Shown here piece by piece: positions 1-10,011 of a DNA stretch of 64,000 nucleotides. The DNA lies in IMG/VR virus record IMGVR_UViG_2706794597_000005, positions 9,601 through 73,600 of that record. One strand, 5' to 3'. This DNA is from a virus. Lineage: Duplodnaviria; Caudoviricetes. The stretch's first letter is position 1. The number at the start of each line of letters is the position of its first letter. Under the pieces are notes generated by a model. That model saw only the letters and a list, made by a program, of their open reading frames with translations, searched no databases and had not been told where the DNA came from. The translations under genes and the position numbers were made by a program.

Positions 1-139
1 TTATTTATCGATCTTGGGCGGGCCATGATGCTGCGTTCGGTTGGGTTGGGAGGTCAATGCGTGCTCATGGGGTGCGAGGGCGTGACGGGCGTCTGGTGGC
101 GTATGGCGCAAGGTGTCGGAATTGCTACTTTTCAGGCAC

Positions 140-164
140 AAAAAAGCCGCCCGGTTCGGCGGCT
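140..164 (-). terminator. Rho-independent terminator equivalent to the one between cos and Q in P2
   Basis: aaaaaaGCCGCC-cggttc-GGCGGCt; GC stem with a U-run on the minus strand. Confidence 0.75.
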
Positions 165-404
165 ATGATGTTCAAAACTATCAGTTAACTATTTAAAAAC
201 GCAATATCCACACCACAGTTATGCTGTTGATATCCGCCTACTTCCATGCGCTGGTAGTAGACTCAAGTGAAGTTTAAACTGCTCGTGATTGCTATCAATC
301 AATTCAAGCAGGTGTTTGTAATTATACCCGTTCAGTGCATGGCTGATACGGGCTCATCGATTTGTCCAAGATTCAGGAGGCTAACAGATGCCCCCTGCTT
401 AAAT

Positions 405-848
405 CTAATCACACCCAAGAGCTGAAGTCGTATCACACATCAGCTTTTCTGATAAATCACTGAGATGGTCAATACCAGCATATTTACAGTTGTAAATGGA
501 TTCCTTCTTACTCTTTAAGTTCATTACACTGACACCACGACTCTGGTCCCCATTTTCGTAGTGACTAAATATTGTGTATTTATACCCTAGATTCATAAAG
601 GAAATATTTAAATAGTCCGTTTGAAATCGAGAGTAATGATTGTAATTAAATCCTATGAAATCATCGCCTTTTGATTCAAAAATAAATTCATCTTTATTAT
701 TTTTTGTTAAGCTGTACCGCAGTACACCGTTATTTTCATTTAACTTGACAACACCTTTTCCAATGTCACATGAAAAATATTCTTCATTTGCAAACGATGA
801 AAAGCATATAAACATTGTAATAAACGTCAGTGTTTTATAATGAAGCAT
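405..848 (-). CDS. Putative periplasmic immunity protein for the upstream muramidase effector
   Basis: 147 aa; N-terminal signal peptide ending SSFA; several Cys; AT-rich; start overlaps the stop of the toxin gene. Confidence 0.7.
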   Translation of the reverse strand: MLHYKTLTFITMFICFSSFANEEYFSCDIGKGVVKLNENNGVLRYSLTKNNKDEFIFESKGDDFIGFNYNHYSRFQTDYLNISFMNLGYKYTIFSHYENGDQSRGVSVMNLKSKKESIYNCKYAGIDHLSDLSEKLMCDTTSALGCD

Positions 849-3159
849 TATAATTTTTCTCCATTTTTAAATCATAACCTTTTTGCCTTGGCCCATTATA
901 TCGTTTGGCGAATGACAACCAATCTTTAGAGCGGATAGAGCGGAGCAAGACACCATCAGACTCGATAAAACTAACGAACGCTTTTAATTGATTTTTTTCA
1001 GATTTACTGATGGCGAGAACAAAATCCTCAGGGCTCGCATAACCTGCAGCTGCATGGTTAGATGCCAGAATCTGAAATTTCCCCCATGATGCGGATTTAA
1101 GTGCCGCACTTTTATCTAGAGCATACGCTCTTACTAGTTTTGAATATTGCACAGATATCGCACCATATCCGCCTGCGACAGAATTTGATATGTCGTCATG
1201 CTGATCATATTTTCCATCTGTATATTTATGAAAGTGATGCCTTTCAAATAATATAGCAGGAACATAATCATCATCTAGTCGGAATTTAAAGTAAGCCCCA
1301 TAAGAACCAGTTTCTGTTTTCGCTACAGCTTTAATTGCTGCAACTTCACAGCCTAATTTACTTGCAGCCTCTACATAATCTGATTCTTCGATTTCATCGC
1401 CATTATAGAAATTTATAAATTCCAAAGGAATTAGATCTTCATTGATAGGAGTTTTAGGGAAATCGCTATTTTTTAACATTTCCAAAAACTCCAACGGGTG
1501 AAAATGCCAGACTGGCTTTCCCTCCATAAACGGCGGCACCTTGCTCATCCACTCGTGCTTCTGCAAGAAAAGCTTATTCACTCCGTTCATCGGCTCCCAG
1601 CCATCTCCGAACAAGCGGCCCCAGCGCGAGTTTTCACTGCCACCATGCCAGTCGCTGTCATGCTTCACCACCAGACGACGAGTCAGTTCCGGCAAATTCA
1701 TCTGCGACGAATGCAGGACGTTAAACAGCCGTTTGTTCAGTTCGCTGCTGTCCCACTCGGTCATCCCGCCTGTATTTCTGGCCCGCAACTGACCCAGCAC
1801 CCCGTCAAAAAATGTCTTCGCTTGTGCGCTGTCCGGCCCTTTTTCAGCATCAAAATGTGACGCCAGACTCTTCACTGCTTCCGTCGCCCAGCTTTCATCC
1901 AGTGGGCGCGAAAAGTCAGTTGTCGGCTCTGCCACTATCGCGGTGAAATTCAGTTGAGTTAAATCATGCTGGCTCAGTTGCTCCACATCGTCCTGATGCA
2001 TCCATGTATGTGGGCGGATTTGAAACCAAACCACACCAGCTTTGTCCGTGAACGGATGTGTCGTTTCACGGCGGAGGATCATGTCGCCGTCTTTTCGCGT
2101 GAGGGCACTCATCGGGCTGAAAGTGGCGTCATCCCCGTCGCCGTTACGCAGATAAAAAGGCCTTTTCAGTTTTAGCTTCACATACTGAGCGCCACTTTTT
2201 ATGCCCTTTATATTCGCCAGCACGTCCGGCACATGCGCATCTGTACTCAACAACTCAATGTGAGCTTTATATTCCGTCCGGTATTCACGGGTATATCCAT
2301 TTTCACTGATGTCCTGCGCGCCCAAAAAGCCCACCGGCTCACCGGCTTTTATCGCCACTTTTAGCGGGGCAGGAGGAAGCACCACCTCATCAAAGACCCC
2401 GTGATTTAGAGCATGGAGCATCCACACCGGCAAACAAACATGACATTCCCCGTCCAGCTCCATAAACTCCGGCCGCACTGATACCCAGAACAGTGGCCCT
2501 GTCGGAATGCCGTCGGTGACCTTTTGCATCAGCCCGAACAGCTCCGAGTTGCCCTTCAGTATGAAGGACGATTCATGCAGCATCGCCAGCACATTGCCCC
2601 GACTCAGAGTTTGCGCCAAGCCGCGTTTGTCTGTCATCACGTCAGGGGCAAGTTCCCGGTCATCATCGCCGCTGCTGTGCTGCCGAAGCCGAACACCGTG
2701 GCCTTTTTCTGTCACTCGATACAGTTTTCTTTTCGGGTATTCCGACAACGGTGCCATCTGCATGTACAGATGGTAAAGATCCAGCCAGCTCGCCGCGTCC
2801 TTCTCATCCGGTTTATACACCGATTTCACCAGCAAAAAGGTCGGTGAATGGCGCAGCTCCATTTTTTCAGCGTGGTTTTCATACAGCAATGCCGGTGTGT
2901 AATCACGGCAAACTCGCCATGCGACTACCTCGCCATCAATCATGCACTGGAGCGGCACCGACTTTTCCGGCGTTTCCTGACTTAGCACAGACGCCGGTGA
3001 TGACGTATCGCCCACATGAACCCCACCATGCCAGTAGCGATTGACACCGACCAACCACAAACCATGAGCCATCTTTTGCATGTCGGTCATCAGTTCGTCG
3101 TAGTGTTCGTATTCCCGCCCGTCTGCCTTCCGTATTGGGTAACGTATTTCCATCCTCAT
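835..3159 (-). CDS. T6SS effector-like polymorphic toxin: WHIX-like N-terminal region plus C-terminal N-acetylmuramidase (DUF3380/PF11860-like)
   Basis: N-terminal YWHGGVH (WHxxxH); WHFHP junction motif; C-terminal AAIKAVAKTE..ILFERHHF..SASWGKFQI..KDWLSFAKRYNGP..GYD muramidase motifs; no signal peptide. Confidence 0.8.
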   Translation of the reverse strand: MRMEIRYPIRKADGREYEHYDELMTDMQKMAHGLWLVGVNRYWHGGVHVGDTSSPASVLSQETPEKSVPLQCMIDGEVVAWRVCRDYTPALLYENHAEKMELRHSPTFLLVKSVYKPDEKDAASWLDLYHLYMQMAPLSEYPKRKLYRVTEKGHGVRLRQHSSGDDDRELAPDVMTDKRGLAQTLSRGNVLAMLHESSFILKGNSELFGLMQKVTDGIPTGPLFWVSVRPEFMELDGECHVCLPVWMLHALNHGVFDEVVLPPAPLKVAIKAGEPVGFLGAQDISENGYTREYRTEYKAHIELLSTDAHVPDVLANIKGIKSGAQYVKLKLKRPFYLRNGDGDDATFSPMSALTRKDGDMILRRETTHPFTDKAGVVWFQIRPHTWMHQDDVEQLSQHDLTQLNFTAIVAEPTTDFSRPLDESWATEAVKSLASHFDAEKGPDSAQAKTFFDGVLGQLRARNTGGMTEWDSSELNKRLFNVLHSSQMNLPELTRRLVVKHDSDWHGGSENSRWGRLFGDGWEPMNGVNKLFLQKHEWMSKVPPFMEGKPVWHFHPLEFLEMLKNSDFPKTPINEDLIPLEFINFYNGDEIEESDYVEAASKLGCEVAAIKAVAKTETGSYGAYFKFRLDDDYVPAILFERHHFHKYTDGKYDQHDDISNSVAGGYGAISVQYSKLVRAYALDKSAALKSASWGKFQILASNHAAAGYASPEDFVLAISKSEKNQLKAFVSFIESDGVLLRSIRSKDWLSFAKRYNGPRQKGYDLKMEKNYNASL

Positions 3160-3492
3160 TCCCTTAAGTTAAGTTTTCCCCATCCATCAGCGTTGAGGAC
3201 GTTACTATATTGCTCCTACAAATCCGGTGTAGGTTGGATCGAATTTATCACACCCTTTTACGCCAGACTTCCGCGTTAATTCAATTTCGGAAAAAACTCA
3301 ATGAAAAGGTGGGTTAACTTAAATCGAGGGATATCTGGTCAATAAACGTTAACTTATCTACCAACACTATAACTATTTTATAATTATCAACAATGTAATA
3401 CACCTAAGTTTACGAGTTCGTATTTGCTCAAATAAACATACATGACGAATCATCCCCTTTAATATGGTGGTATTGGCGCTTTACGTCCCATA

Positions 3493-4524
3493 TCACTCCT
3501 CACTTATCAGTTCATAAGGCTTGAACCCCACCACCTCCTCCCCAACCCACTCATTGACCTCTTTCATCCGTTCCTACAACGGCATTAGCTCGTTGCGCAC
3601 AAACACCTGACTGGCCTTTTCTATGTCACCAAATCCGCCGGTGTTATTGGGGATGATACCCATCATCTGCGGTGGTACGCGGTGGGCGCTGAGTAGGTCG
3701 TCGCGGCTGGCGTTTTTGATATTAAAAAAATCGTCTTTGGTGGCCACCTCGCTGAGTGGGACGATCTTGATACCGTCAGGTTTGCCATTTGGGGCGTAGA
3801 AAAACAGATTTTTAAAATTCCCTAACCCTTTGGTACTGCGCATGGCGTTGCGTAAGGTTTCTACGTCGGTATTACTTTGGGCAGCGTCGGTGACATACAT
3901 GATATAACCAGCATGTGCACCATTCTGGAAATACTTGCGACGAAATAACGTGGCCGATTCGTTCAGCCATGCTGAGTTGAGTGAGCTGAGATATTCAGGC
4001 AAACCATAAAGTTCCTGATTAATATCCGGTTCAATCAGGTGAAATACCGTGCCTGGCTCAAAGCGATGCGGTTCGCGGAAAGATTGCACGAACCAATACA
4101 CATCATCTTCTACTCCACGGCGGGTATATTTGGCCGGTGAACATTCCAGTCGCATTAATTTACCTAAGCGATTGAAGCGCTTCTCCAGAAAGGCATTGCC
4201 GAATACTAAGAAATCCAGTGCAAAGCGGCTAAACTCTTGGGCGCTAAGCAGCGGATGTGGGATAAAAGTGCTGGTCAGAATATTGCGTTTCACATACAGC
4301 GGTGAGCTGTGATGCACCGCCGCACGCAGACTTTTGGCCAACCCGGTGAAACTGATCGGCGGCTCAATCCATTTGCCGTTACCAATGCATTCGGCGTAAT
4401 CCAGAATGTCGCGACGATCCAGCACTGCGGAAGGCTCGCCAAAACTAAACACTTCCATTGGTTGCTGCGGTTGCCGAGTTAGATTGGTTGATTTTACTGC
4501 CTTGCGGCCTTTGCGTTTGCTCAT
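3493..4524 (-). pseudogene. Q: P2 portal protein gpQ with premature TAG at 3574-3576 (316 aa instead of 343 aa)
   Basis: The frame continues past the stop as ELMPL*ERMKEVNEWVGEEVVGFKPYELISEE* to TGA at 3493, matching the P2 gpQ C-terminus (ELIPLQDRIREINGWLGQEVIRF as recalled). Confidence 0.85.
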
Positions 4525-6287
4525 CAGTTAAAATCCAGAATTGAATATTGGGCATAACCGTTACCGGCGGTTAGCGGCTCGTTAATCATCGCGTGCATCG
4601 CCGCCCATGCGATATCTGCATGACTGGCGTCTTCGCTGCGGCTGGCTTGGTAAGTGGCACGGCCACCGCTGGCAGTCATGGTTTTGCGGATAGCCATAAA
4701 AGATTGGGTGATATCGGTGTGGCCGGAGTCATACTCCAGCCGCCCACTGGTGATCAGATCTTTGGCTTTCAGCACCAGCGCGGTTTTAATCTCCGGGCTG
4801 TAACAAATTTCCCGCACCGCCGGAAAGAACTCCCGCACCAGTTGATAGACGCCCTGCCCAATGCCCGTGGCGTCGATACCGATATATTCCACGCAGTATT
4901 TTTCAGTTAGGGTTTTGATGGATTCAGCTTGAGTGGCGAAGTCCATTCCCTTCCATTGATGGCGTTCCAAAATGCGGAATTTGCCGCCGGGTACCAGCGG
5001 TGGAGCCAATACCACGCAACCCGCACTGTCACCGGTGTGAGACGGGTCATAACCCAACCAAACCGCCCGATAACCAAAAGGTCGATAGGCGTAAGGATTA
5101 AAATCGTCCCACTCCTCCAGACTATCGACCATGCAGCCCTGCAACTCTTCGAACGGGAATACCGAGGTTTTATCATCGACGAATTCGCACATCAGCAGGT
5201 TTTGATATTCCGCTGGGCTGTATTCCAGCGCGAGTTGGTCGAGGTCAAACAAGTTACAGCCGCCCGCCAGCGCATCTTCGACAGTGACAATCTGTCGCCA
5301 CTGACCGTCGCCACACAGCGCACCGTGCATCAAATGGCTATGGCTGAGATTGACATAAATATGTTGTTCTTTGTTCTTACGCCCTTTATTAAACAGCTCG
5401 CCAGACCAAAACGGATAAGCGCTGTGGGCCAAACTGGATGGTGTGGAGAAGTAAGTGGTGCGCCATTTTTTGTGTAATGACATACCCGAAGCCACTTTAC
5501 GCAGCTCCTGAAACTTGGGTATCCAAAAGTATTCATCAAGATACAGGTTGCCGGTGTAACTCTGAGCGGTGCGGATATTAGTGCCGAGAAAGAACAGCCG
5601 CGCACCGTTGGCCAGCACCATCGGATCGCCTTTCAGGTCAACTTCTACCTGTCGGGCAAAATCAATAATGTAGTTTTTGAATACATGCGCCTGTGCTTTA
5701 CTGGCTGACAGAAAGATCTGATTGCGCCCAGTGGTTAGTGCATCTATTAGCGCTTCACGGGCAAAGTAGAAGGTTGCGCCAATTTGGCGCGATTTAAGAA
5801 TATTGCGAATACGGTGCTGCAAGCCAGCCCGATACCAACCTTTCTGATATTCAAACGTAGTTTCCAGAAAAATATCATTCAGCGCTTCAATAGCCGCGTC
5901 ACTAAACACATTCTTCTCGGCTGCCTTACGTTCCCCTTTATTACGGTTACGTATCTTCGGATTTAGATCGGCTTCATTGCCAGTTTGGTTGTAGCGATTA
6001 ACTCGCGCTAATCGCTCAATCTGGCGGCCTAGCAGGTCAATCTCTTTGTAGTCGCACCCCTCTTTGTTGTTCTTCATGATCAGTTGAATCAACCGCGCTT
6101 CCAGACTGCTCTCCACGCGGGATACCGGGGAAACATCCTCCCAGGCATCCCGCTGTTTCCAGCTCTGCACGGTTGGCGCTTTCTGGTTCAGCATCTCCGC
6201 AATCTGGCGCACAGAAAAGCCCTGCCAGTAAAACAAAGCCGCCTGCCGCCGTGGGTCGCTGATAAGGGTAGTTGGGGTCGTCGTCAT
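4524..6287 (-). CDS. P: Terminase ATPase subunit gpP
   Basis: 587 aa; DPRRQA..YWQG start, LKSRQIGAT Walker A, YLDEYFW, HADIAWA; P2 gene order. Confidence 0.97.
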   Translation of the reverse strand: MTTTPTTLISDPRRQAALFYWQGFSVRQIAEMLNQKAPTVQSWKQRDAWEDVSPVSRVESSLEARLIQLIMKNNKEGCDYKEIDLLGRQIERLARVNRYNQTGNEADLNPKIRNRNKGERKAAEKNVFSDAAIEALNDIFLETTFEYQKGWYRAGLQHRIRNILKSRQIGATFYFAREALIDALTTGRNQIFLSASKAQAHVFKNYIIDFARQVEVDLKGDPMVLANGARLFFLGTNIRTAQSYTGNLYLDEYFWIPKFQELRKVASGMSLHKKWRTTYFSTPSSLAHSAYPFWSGELFNKGRKNKEQHIYVNLSHSHLMHGALCGDGQWRQIVTVEDALAGGCNLFDLDQLALEYSPAEYQNLLMCEFVDDKTSVFPFEELQGCMVDSLEEWDDFNPYAYRPFGYRAVWLGYDPSHTGDSAGCVVLAPPLVPGGKFRILERHQWKGMDFATQAESIKTLTEKYCVEYIGIDATGIGQGVYQLVREFFPAVREICYSPEIKTALVLKAKDLITSGRLEYDSGHTDITQSFMAIRKTMTASGGRATYQASRSEDASHADIAWAAMHAMINEPLTAGNGYAQYSILDFN

Positions 6288-6330
6288 GGGCGCAAGGCTA
6301 CGAAAACGAGTTTAATTCTTCCTCAACTCA

Positions 6331-6350
6331 CTGTTGTGTCAGTGATTAAA
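6331..6350 (+). promoter_or_regulatory. Ogr-activated late promoter element in the divergent P/O region
   Basis: CTGTTGTG motif also found upstream of V (12753) and FI (18806), the known P2 late promoter positions. Confidence 0.6.
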
Positions 6351-6429
6351 GGATTTAGAGTGGTGGCGATGGGAATTGGGAGTCAGGAAACTAGCGCTGA
6401 TTTAACTGACCCATTCACGGACTCCCATT

Positions 6430-7251
6430 ATGGCTAAGAAAATTTCTAAGTTTTTCCGTATCGGTGTCGAAGGTGATACTTGCGATGGTCGTATTATCGA
6501 CGGTAATGACATTCAGCAAATGGCCGATACCTTTGATCCGCGCGTCTATGGCTGCCGCATCAATCTGGAACATATTAAAGGTTTACTGCCTGACAGCCCT
6601 TTCCGTCGTTACGGTGATGTGGTTGAGCTAAAAGCCGAGAAAATCAACGATGATTCCGCGCTAAACGGTAAGTGGGCGTTATATGCCAAGGTGGTGCCGA
6701 CCGACGATCTGGTAGCAATGGTACAAGCCCGGCAAAAGGTTTATACCTCAATGGAGATTCGTCCGAATTTCTCCAACAGCGGTAAATGCTATCTGATTGG
6801 TTTGGCGGTGACTGATGACCCAGCCAGCTTGGGGACTGAAATGTTGGAATTCTGCGCCCGCGCCAAAACCAATCCGCTGGCGGGTAAGAAACTGGAACCC
6901 ACCGATCTGTTCTCTGTTGCCGTTGAGGCCGCGATTGAATTTGAAGAAGTTCCTGAACCCGGAATCAGTTTACTTAGCCGGGTAAAAGAGCTGTTTAATC
7001 GCAAGCAATCCTCTGACGATGCCCGTTTTACTGATATCCACGCCGCTGTGACCACTGTAGCTGAACAGCTGCAAGTTCAGGCTGATGCTAACGAGCAACG
7101 TTTTCAACAAATTGAGCAACAGATTGAAGCCAATCAGCAGCAACTTTCCCACCTGCGCGCCAGCCTTGACCAGAGCGAAAGCCTGATCCAACTGCGCCGC
7201 CCGATGGCCAACGGCGGTAATGGTGATGAAACCTTTCTGACTAACTGTTAA
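6430..7251 (+). CDS. O: Capsid scaffolding protein/protease gpO
   Basis: SKFFRIGVEGDTCDGR, INLEH, GLAVTDDPASLGTE motifs. Confidence 0.96.
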   Translation: MAKKISKFFRIGVEGDTCDGRIIDGNDIQQMADTFDPRVYGCRINLEHIKGLLPDSPFRRYGDVVELKAEKINDDSALNGKWALYAKVVPTDDLVAMVQARQKVYTSMEIRPNFSNSGKCYLIGLAVTDDPASLGTEMLEFCARAKTNPLAGKKLEPTDLFSVAVEAAIEFEEVPEPGISLLSRVKELFNRKQSSDDARFTDIHAAVTTVAEQLQVQADANEQRFQQIEQQIEANQQQLSHLRASLDQSESLIQLRRPMANGGNGDETFLTNC

Positions 7252-7272
7252 TAACCAGACTGAGAGAGCCTC

Positions 7273-8340
7273 ATGCGACCTAATACCCGAATCAAATTCA
7301 ACGCTTACCTGACTCAGGTTGCCAAATTGAATGGCATTGAGGTGAGCGATGTGACGAAGAAATTCAGCGTCGAGCCGTCGGTTACCCAAACCCTGATGAC
7401 CCGAGTGCAGGAGTCATCCGAGTTTCTCAGCCGTATCAATATGGTGCCGGTGGCCGAGTTAACGGGTGAGAAAATCGGTATCGGCGTCACCGGTTCTATT
7501 GCCAGCACTACCGATACCGCGACTGGCGACGAGCGTGAAACCGCTGACTTTGCCGCGCTAGAAGCTCGCCGTTATCAGTGTGAACAGATGAACTTCGATT
7601 TTCATATCCGCTATAACACGCTGGATCTGTGGGCGCGGTATCAGGATTTTCAACTACGGCTACGTGATGCCATCGCCAAACGTCAGGCATTGGATTACAT
7701 CATGGTGGGCTTTAACGGGGTGAAACGTGCGGCTACCTCCAATCGTCAGCAAAACCCAATGCTGCAAGATGTAGCCGTAGGCTGGTTGCAAAAATACCGC
7801 AACGAAGCACCGCAGCGGGTGATGGATAAAGTGACCGGTAAAGAGGGTGCGATAATTTCCAGCGTCATTCGTGTCGGCGAAAATGGCGACTATAAAAACC
7901 TCGATGCGCTGGTATTTGACGCCACCAATACCATGATTGACCCGTGGCATCAAGAAGACCCCGATTTAGTGGTGATCTGTGGCCGTGAGTTGTTAGTCGA
8001 TAAATATTTCCCACTGATTAACCAAAAACAACCCAATAGCGAAATGCTGGCAGCGGATGTGATTGTTAGCCAGAAACGTATCGGCAACTTGCCAGCGGTG
8101 CGCGTGCCCTACTTCCCTGCCAACGCCATGTTAGTAACCCGTCTGGACAACCTATCGATCTATTTTATGGACGACAGCCACCGCCGCCATATCGAAGAAG
8201 TTGCCCGCCGCGATCGCATCGAAAACTACGAATCCATCAAACAGGATTATGTGGTGGAGGAATACGGCTGTGGTTGCCTGATTGAAAATATCCAACTATT
8301 GACTGAAACAAAAAACAAGCATTCAGAAACAGGAGCCTAA
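7273..8340 (+). CDS. N: Major capsid protein gpN
   Basis: 355 aa; KFSVEPSVTQTL, NPMLQDVAVGWLQKYR; P2 gene order. Confidence 0.97.
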   Translation: MRPNTRIKFNAYLTQVAKLNGIEVSDVTKKFSVEPSVTQTLMTRVQESSEFLSRINMVPVAELTGEKIGIGVTGSIASTTDTATGDERETADFAALEARRYQCEQMNFDFHIRYNTLDLWARYQDFQLRLRDAIAKRQALDYIMVGFNGVKRAATSNRQQNPMLQDVAVGWLQKYRNEAPQRVMDKVTGKEGAIISSVIRVGENGDYKNLDALVFDATNTMIDPWHQEDPDLVVICGRELLVDKYFPLINQKQPNSEMLAADVIVSQKRIGNLPAVRVPYFPANAMLVTRLDNLSIYFMDDSHRRHIEEVARRDRIENYESIKQDYVVEEYGCGCLIENIQLLTETKNKHSETGA

Positions 8341-8343
8341 GCC

Positions 8344-9000
8344 ATGTTAAGCCCCGCCAGACGGCACATGATGCGAGTTTTAGCGGCGGAGGCGGCGCAG
8401 CAGATTGAAGAGCCGCTGCGCCATGCCAATGGCTATGAACTAATGCTGTTAAAACTGGCTGAAGATCTTCGAGCCCTAAAAAATGTGCATTCAATGGAGC
8501 GCAAAGCTGAACGCAAACGGGAAATGCTGCCCTACTACGCCCCTTGGGTGAGCGGAGTGTTGAGCGAAGGTCGAGGCGCTCAAGATGCGGTATTGATGAC
8601 GGTTATGGTGTGGAAGCTGGATGTTGGCGATATTGCCGGTGCGCTGGAGATCGCCCGCTATGCCTTGCACCATCACCTCGTGATGCCGGATCGCTATAAA
8701 CGTTCTACGCCTTACTTATTGGCTGAAGATGTGGCCGATGCAGCTACTCGCGCCCACAGTGCGGGCCAGCCCGTCAATATCGACCACCTGCTGGCCACAA
8801 TGGAACTGACCGATGCCGAAGATATGCCAGATCAAGTGCGCGCCAAGCTACACAAAATCGCCGGTATCGTCCTGCGGGACAGTGGTAAAACCGAATCAGC
8901 CTTGGTACATCTCAGGCGCGCGTTACAGCTCAATAGCCATTGCGGTGTGAAAAAAGATATTGAACGGTTGGAGAGCCAACTACGCAAAGCCAGCCGCTAA
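8344..9000 (+). CDS. M: Terminase endonuclease subunit gpM
   Basis: MLSPARRH start, DMPDQVRAKLHK, GVKKDIERL. Confidence 0.93.
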   Translation: MLSPARRHMMRVLAAEAAQQIEEPLRHANGYELMLLKLAEDLRALKNVHSMERKAERKREMLPYYAPWVSGVLSEGRGAQDAVLMTVMVWKLDVGDIAGALEIARYALHHHLVMPDRYKRSTPYLLAEDVADAATRAHSAGQPVNIDHLLATMELTDAEDMPDQVRAKLHKIAGIVLRDSGKTESALVHLRRALQLNSHCGVKKDIERLESQLRKASR

Positions 9001-9089
9001 CCAAACGCGCCCCGCGCCGGGCGGCACGCAAGCCGCGACAACGTACCAGATCAACGTTTGCGTCCACCGCCCTCTATTTTGAGGTTGCC

Positions 9090-9596
9090 ATGACGACAGT
9101 GATTATTTCCAAAAAAGATGAGCAGCCACATGGCGGTACCATAGTCATTCCGCCATCTGCGCATGACGAGCCACTGATAAAGAACACATTCTTCTTTCCC
9201 GATATTGATCCGAAGCGCGTTCGTGACCTGATGCGCCTTGAGCAAACCATCGCCCCAGCCCGGTTACGGGAGGCCATTAAAACCGGTATGGCAGAAACCA
9301 ATGCGGAGTTACACGATTTTCGCGAGCAGCAAGTCGCCGCTGGGTTTAACCGCCTTATCGATGTGCCGTCGGATGAGGTCGATGGGGAGAATATCCGTGT
9401 TTCCCATTATGTGCGCGCCGTTTGTGCAATGGCAACCGCGACCTTGTATGAACGTTATCGCGGCGTGGATGCCAGTGCCAAAGGCGACAAAAAAGCTGAC
9501 AGTATCGACAGCACTATTGATGAGTTGTGGCGTGATATGCGCTGGTCGGTCTCGCGCATCCAAGATAAACCACACTGTATTGTGGGCCACATCTGA
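9090..9596 (+). CDS. L: Head completion protein gpL
   Basis: IKNTFFFPDIDP, ELWRDMRWSV; position after M. Confidence 0.93.
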   Translation: MTTVIISKKDEQPHGGTIVIPPSAHDEPLIKNTFFFPDIDPKRVRDLMRLEQTIAPARLREAIKTGMAETNAELHDFREQQVAAGFNRLIDVPSDEVDGENIRVSHYVRAVCAMATATLYERYRGVDASAKGDKKADSIDSTIDELWRDMRWSVSRIQDKPHCIVGHI

Positions 9597-9799
9597 TGCA
9601 AATCATTGCACAACAAGGCGATACCCTTGACCTCATTTGCGCTCGATATTACGGGTACACAGAGGGGGTATTTGAAACGGTGCTCGCCGCTAATCCGGGG
9701 CTGGCAGAACTTGGGGCGGTACTGCCGCATGGCACTCCCGTTGAGTTGCCAGATGTTCAAACCTCACCTGTCACAGAGACTGTAAACCTGTGGGACTGA
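9596..9799 (+). CDS. X: Tail protein gpX
   Basis: 67 aa; QGDTLDLIC.RYYG..LAANPGLAELG..VNLWD. Confidence 0.95.
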   Translation: MQIIAQQGDTLDLICARYYGYTEGVFETVLAANPGLAELGAVLPHGTPVELPDVQTSPVTETVNLWD

Positions 9800-9801
9800 C
9801 A

Positions 9802-10011
9802 ATGGAGAAGATCAGCACATTTATTACTTACTGGTTATCAGTAGCACTTGCATGGTTCGGCACACAGACGCCAGATAGGTTTGCACTCTATATCGGTGGG
9901 AGCTGCGCCATTTTTACCGCGCTGGTTAATTTTTGGTATCGCCGCAAAACCTTTAATTACCTCAGATCTATGGGGCTTAATGAAGGGGTGACCCGTGAAC
10001 TCAATCGTTAA
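9802..10011 (+). CDS. Holin
   Basis: 69 aa; hydrophobic segments and basic tail; lies between X and the endolysin. Confidence 0.85.
   Translation: MEKISTFITYWLSVALAWFGTQTPDRFALYIGGSCAIFTALVNFWYRRKTFNYLRSMGLNEGVTRELNR

Noticed and set aside
1-139. P2 cos site
   Set aside because: The sequence resembles cos-proximal DNA, but the 19-bp cohesive end motif is not inside the window
835-3159. Ordinary phage endolysin
   Set aside because: The prophage already has a holin, endolysin and spanin cassette; this gene is far larger, has effector-type motifs and is paired with a signal-peptide gene
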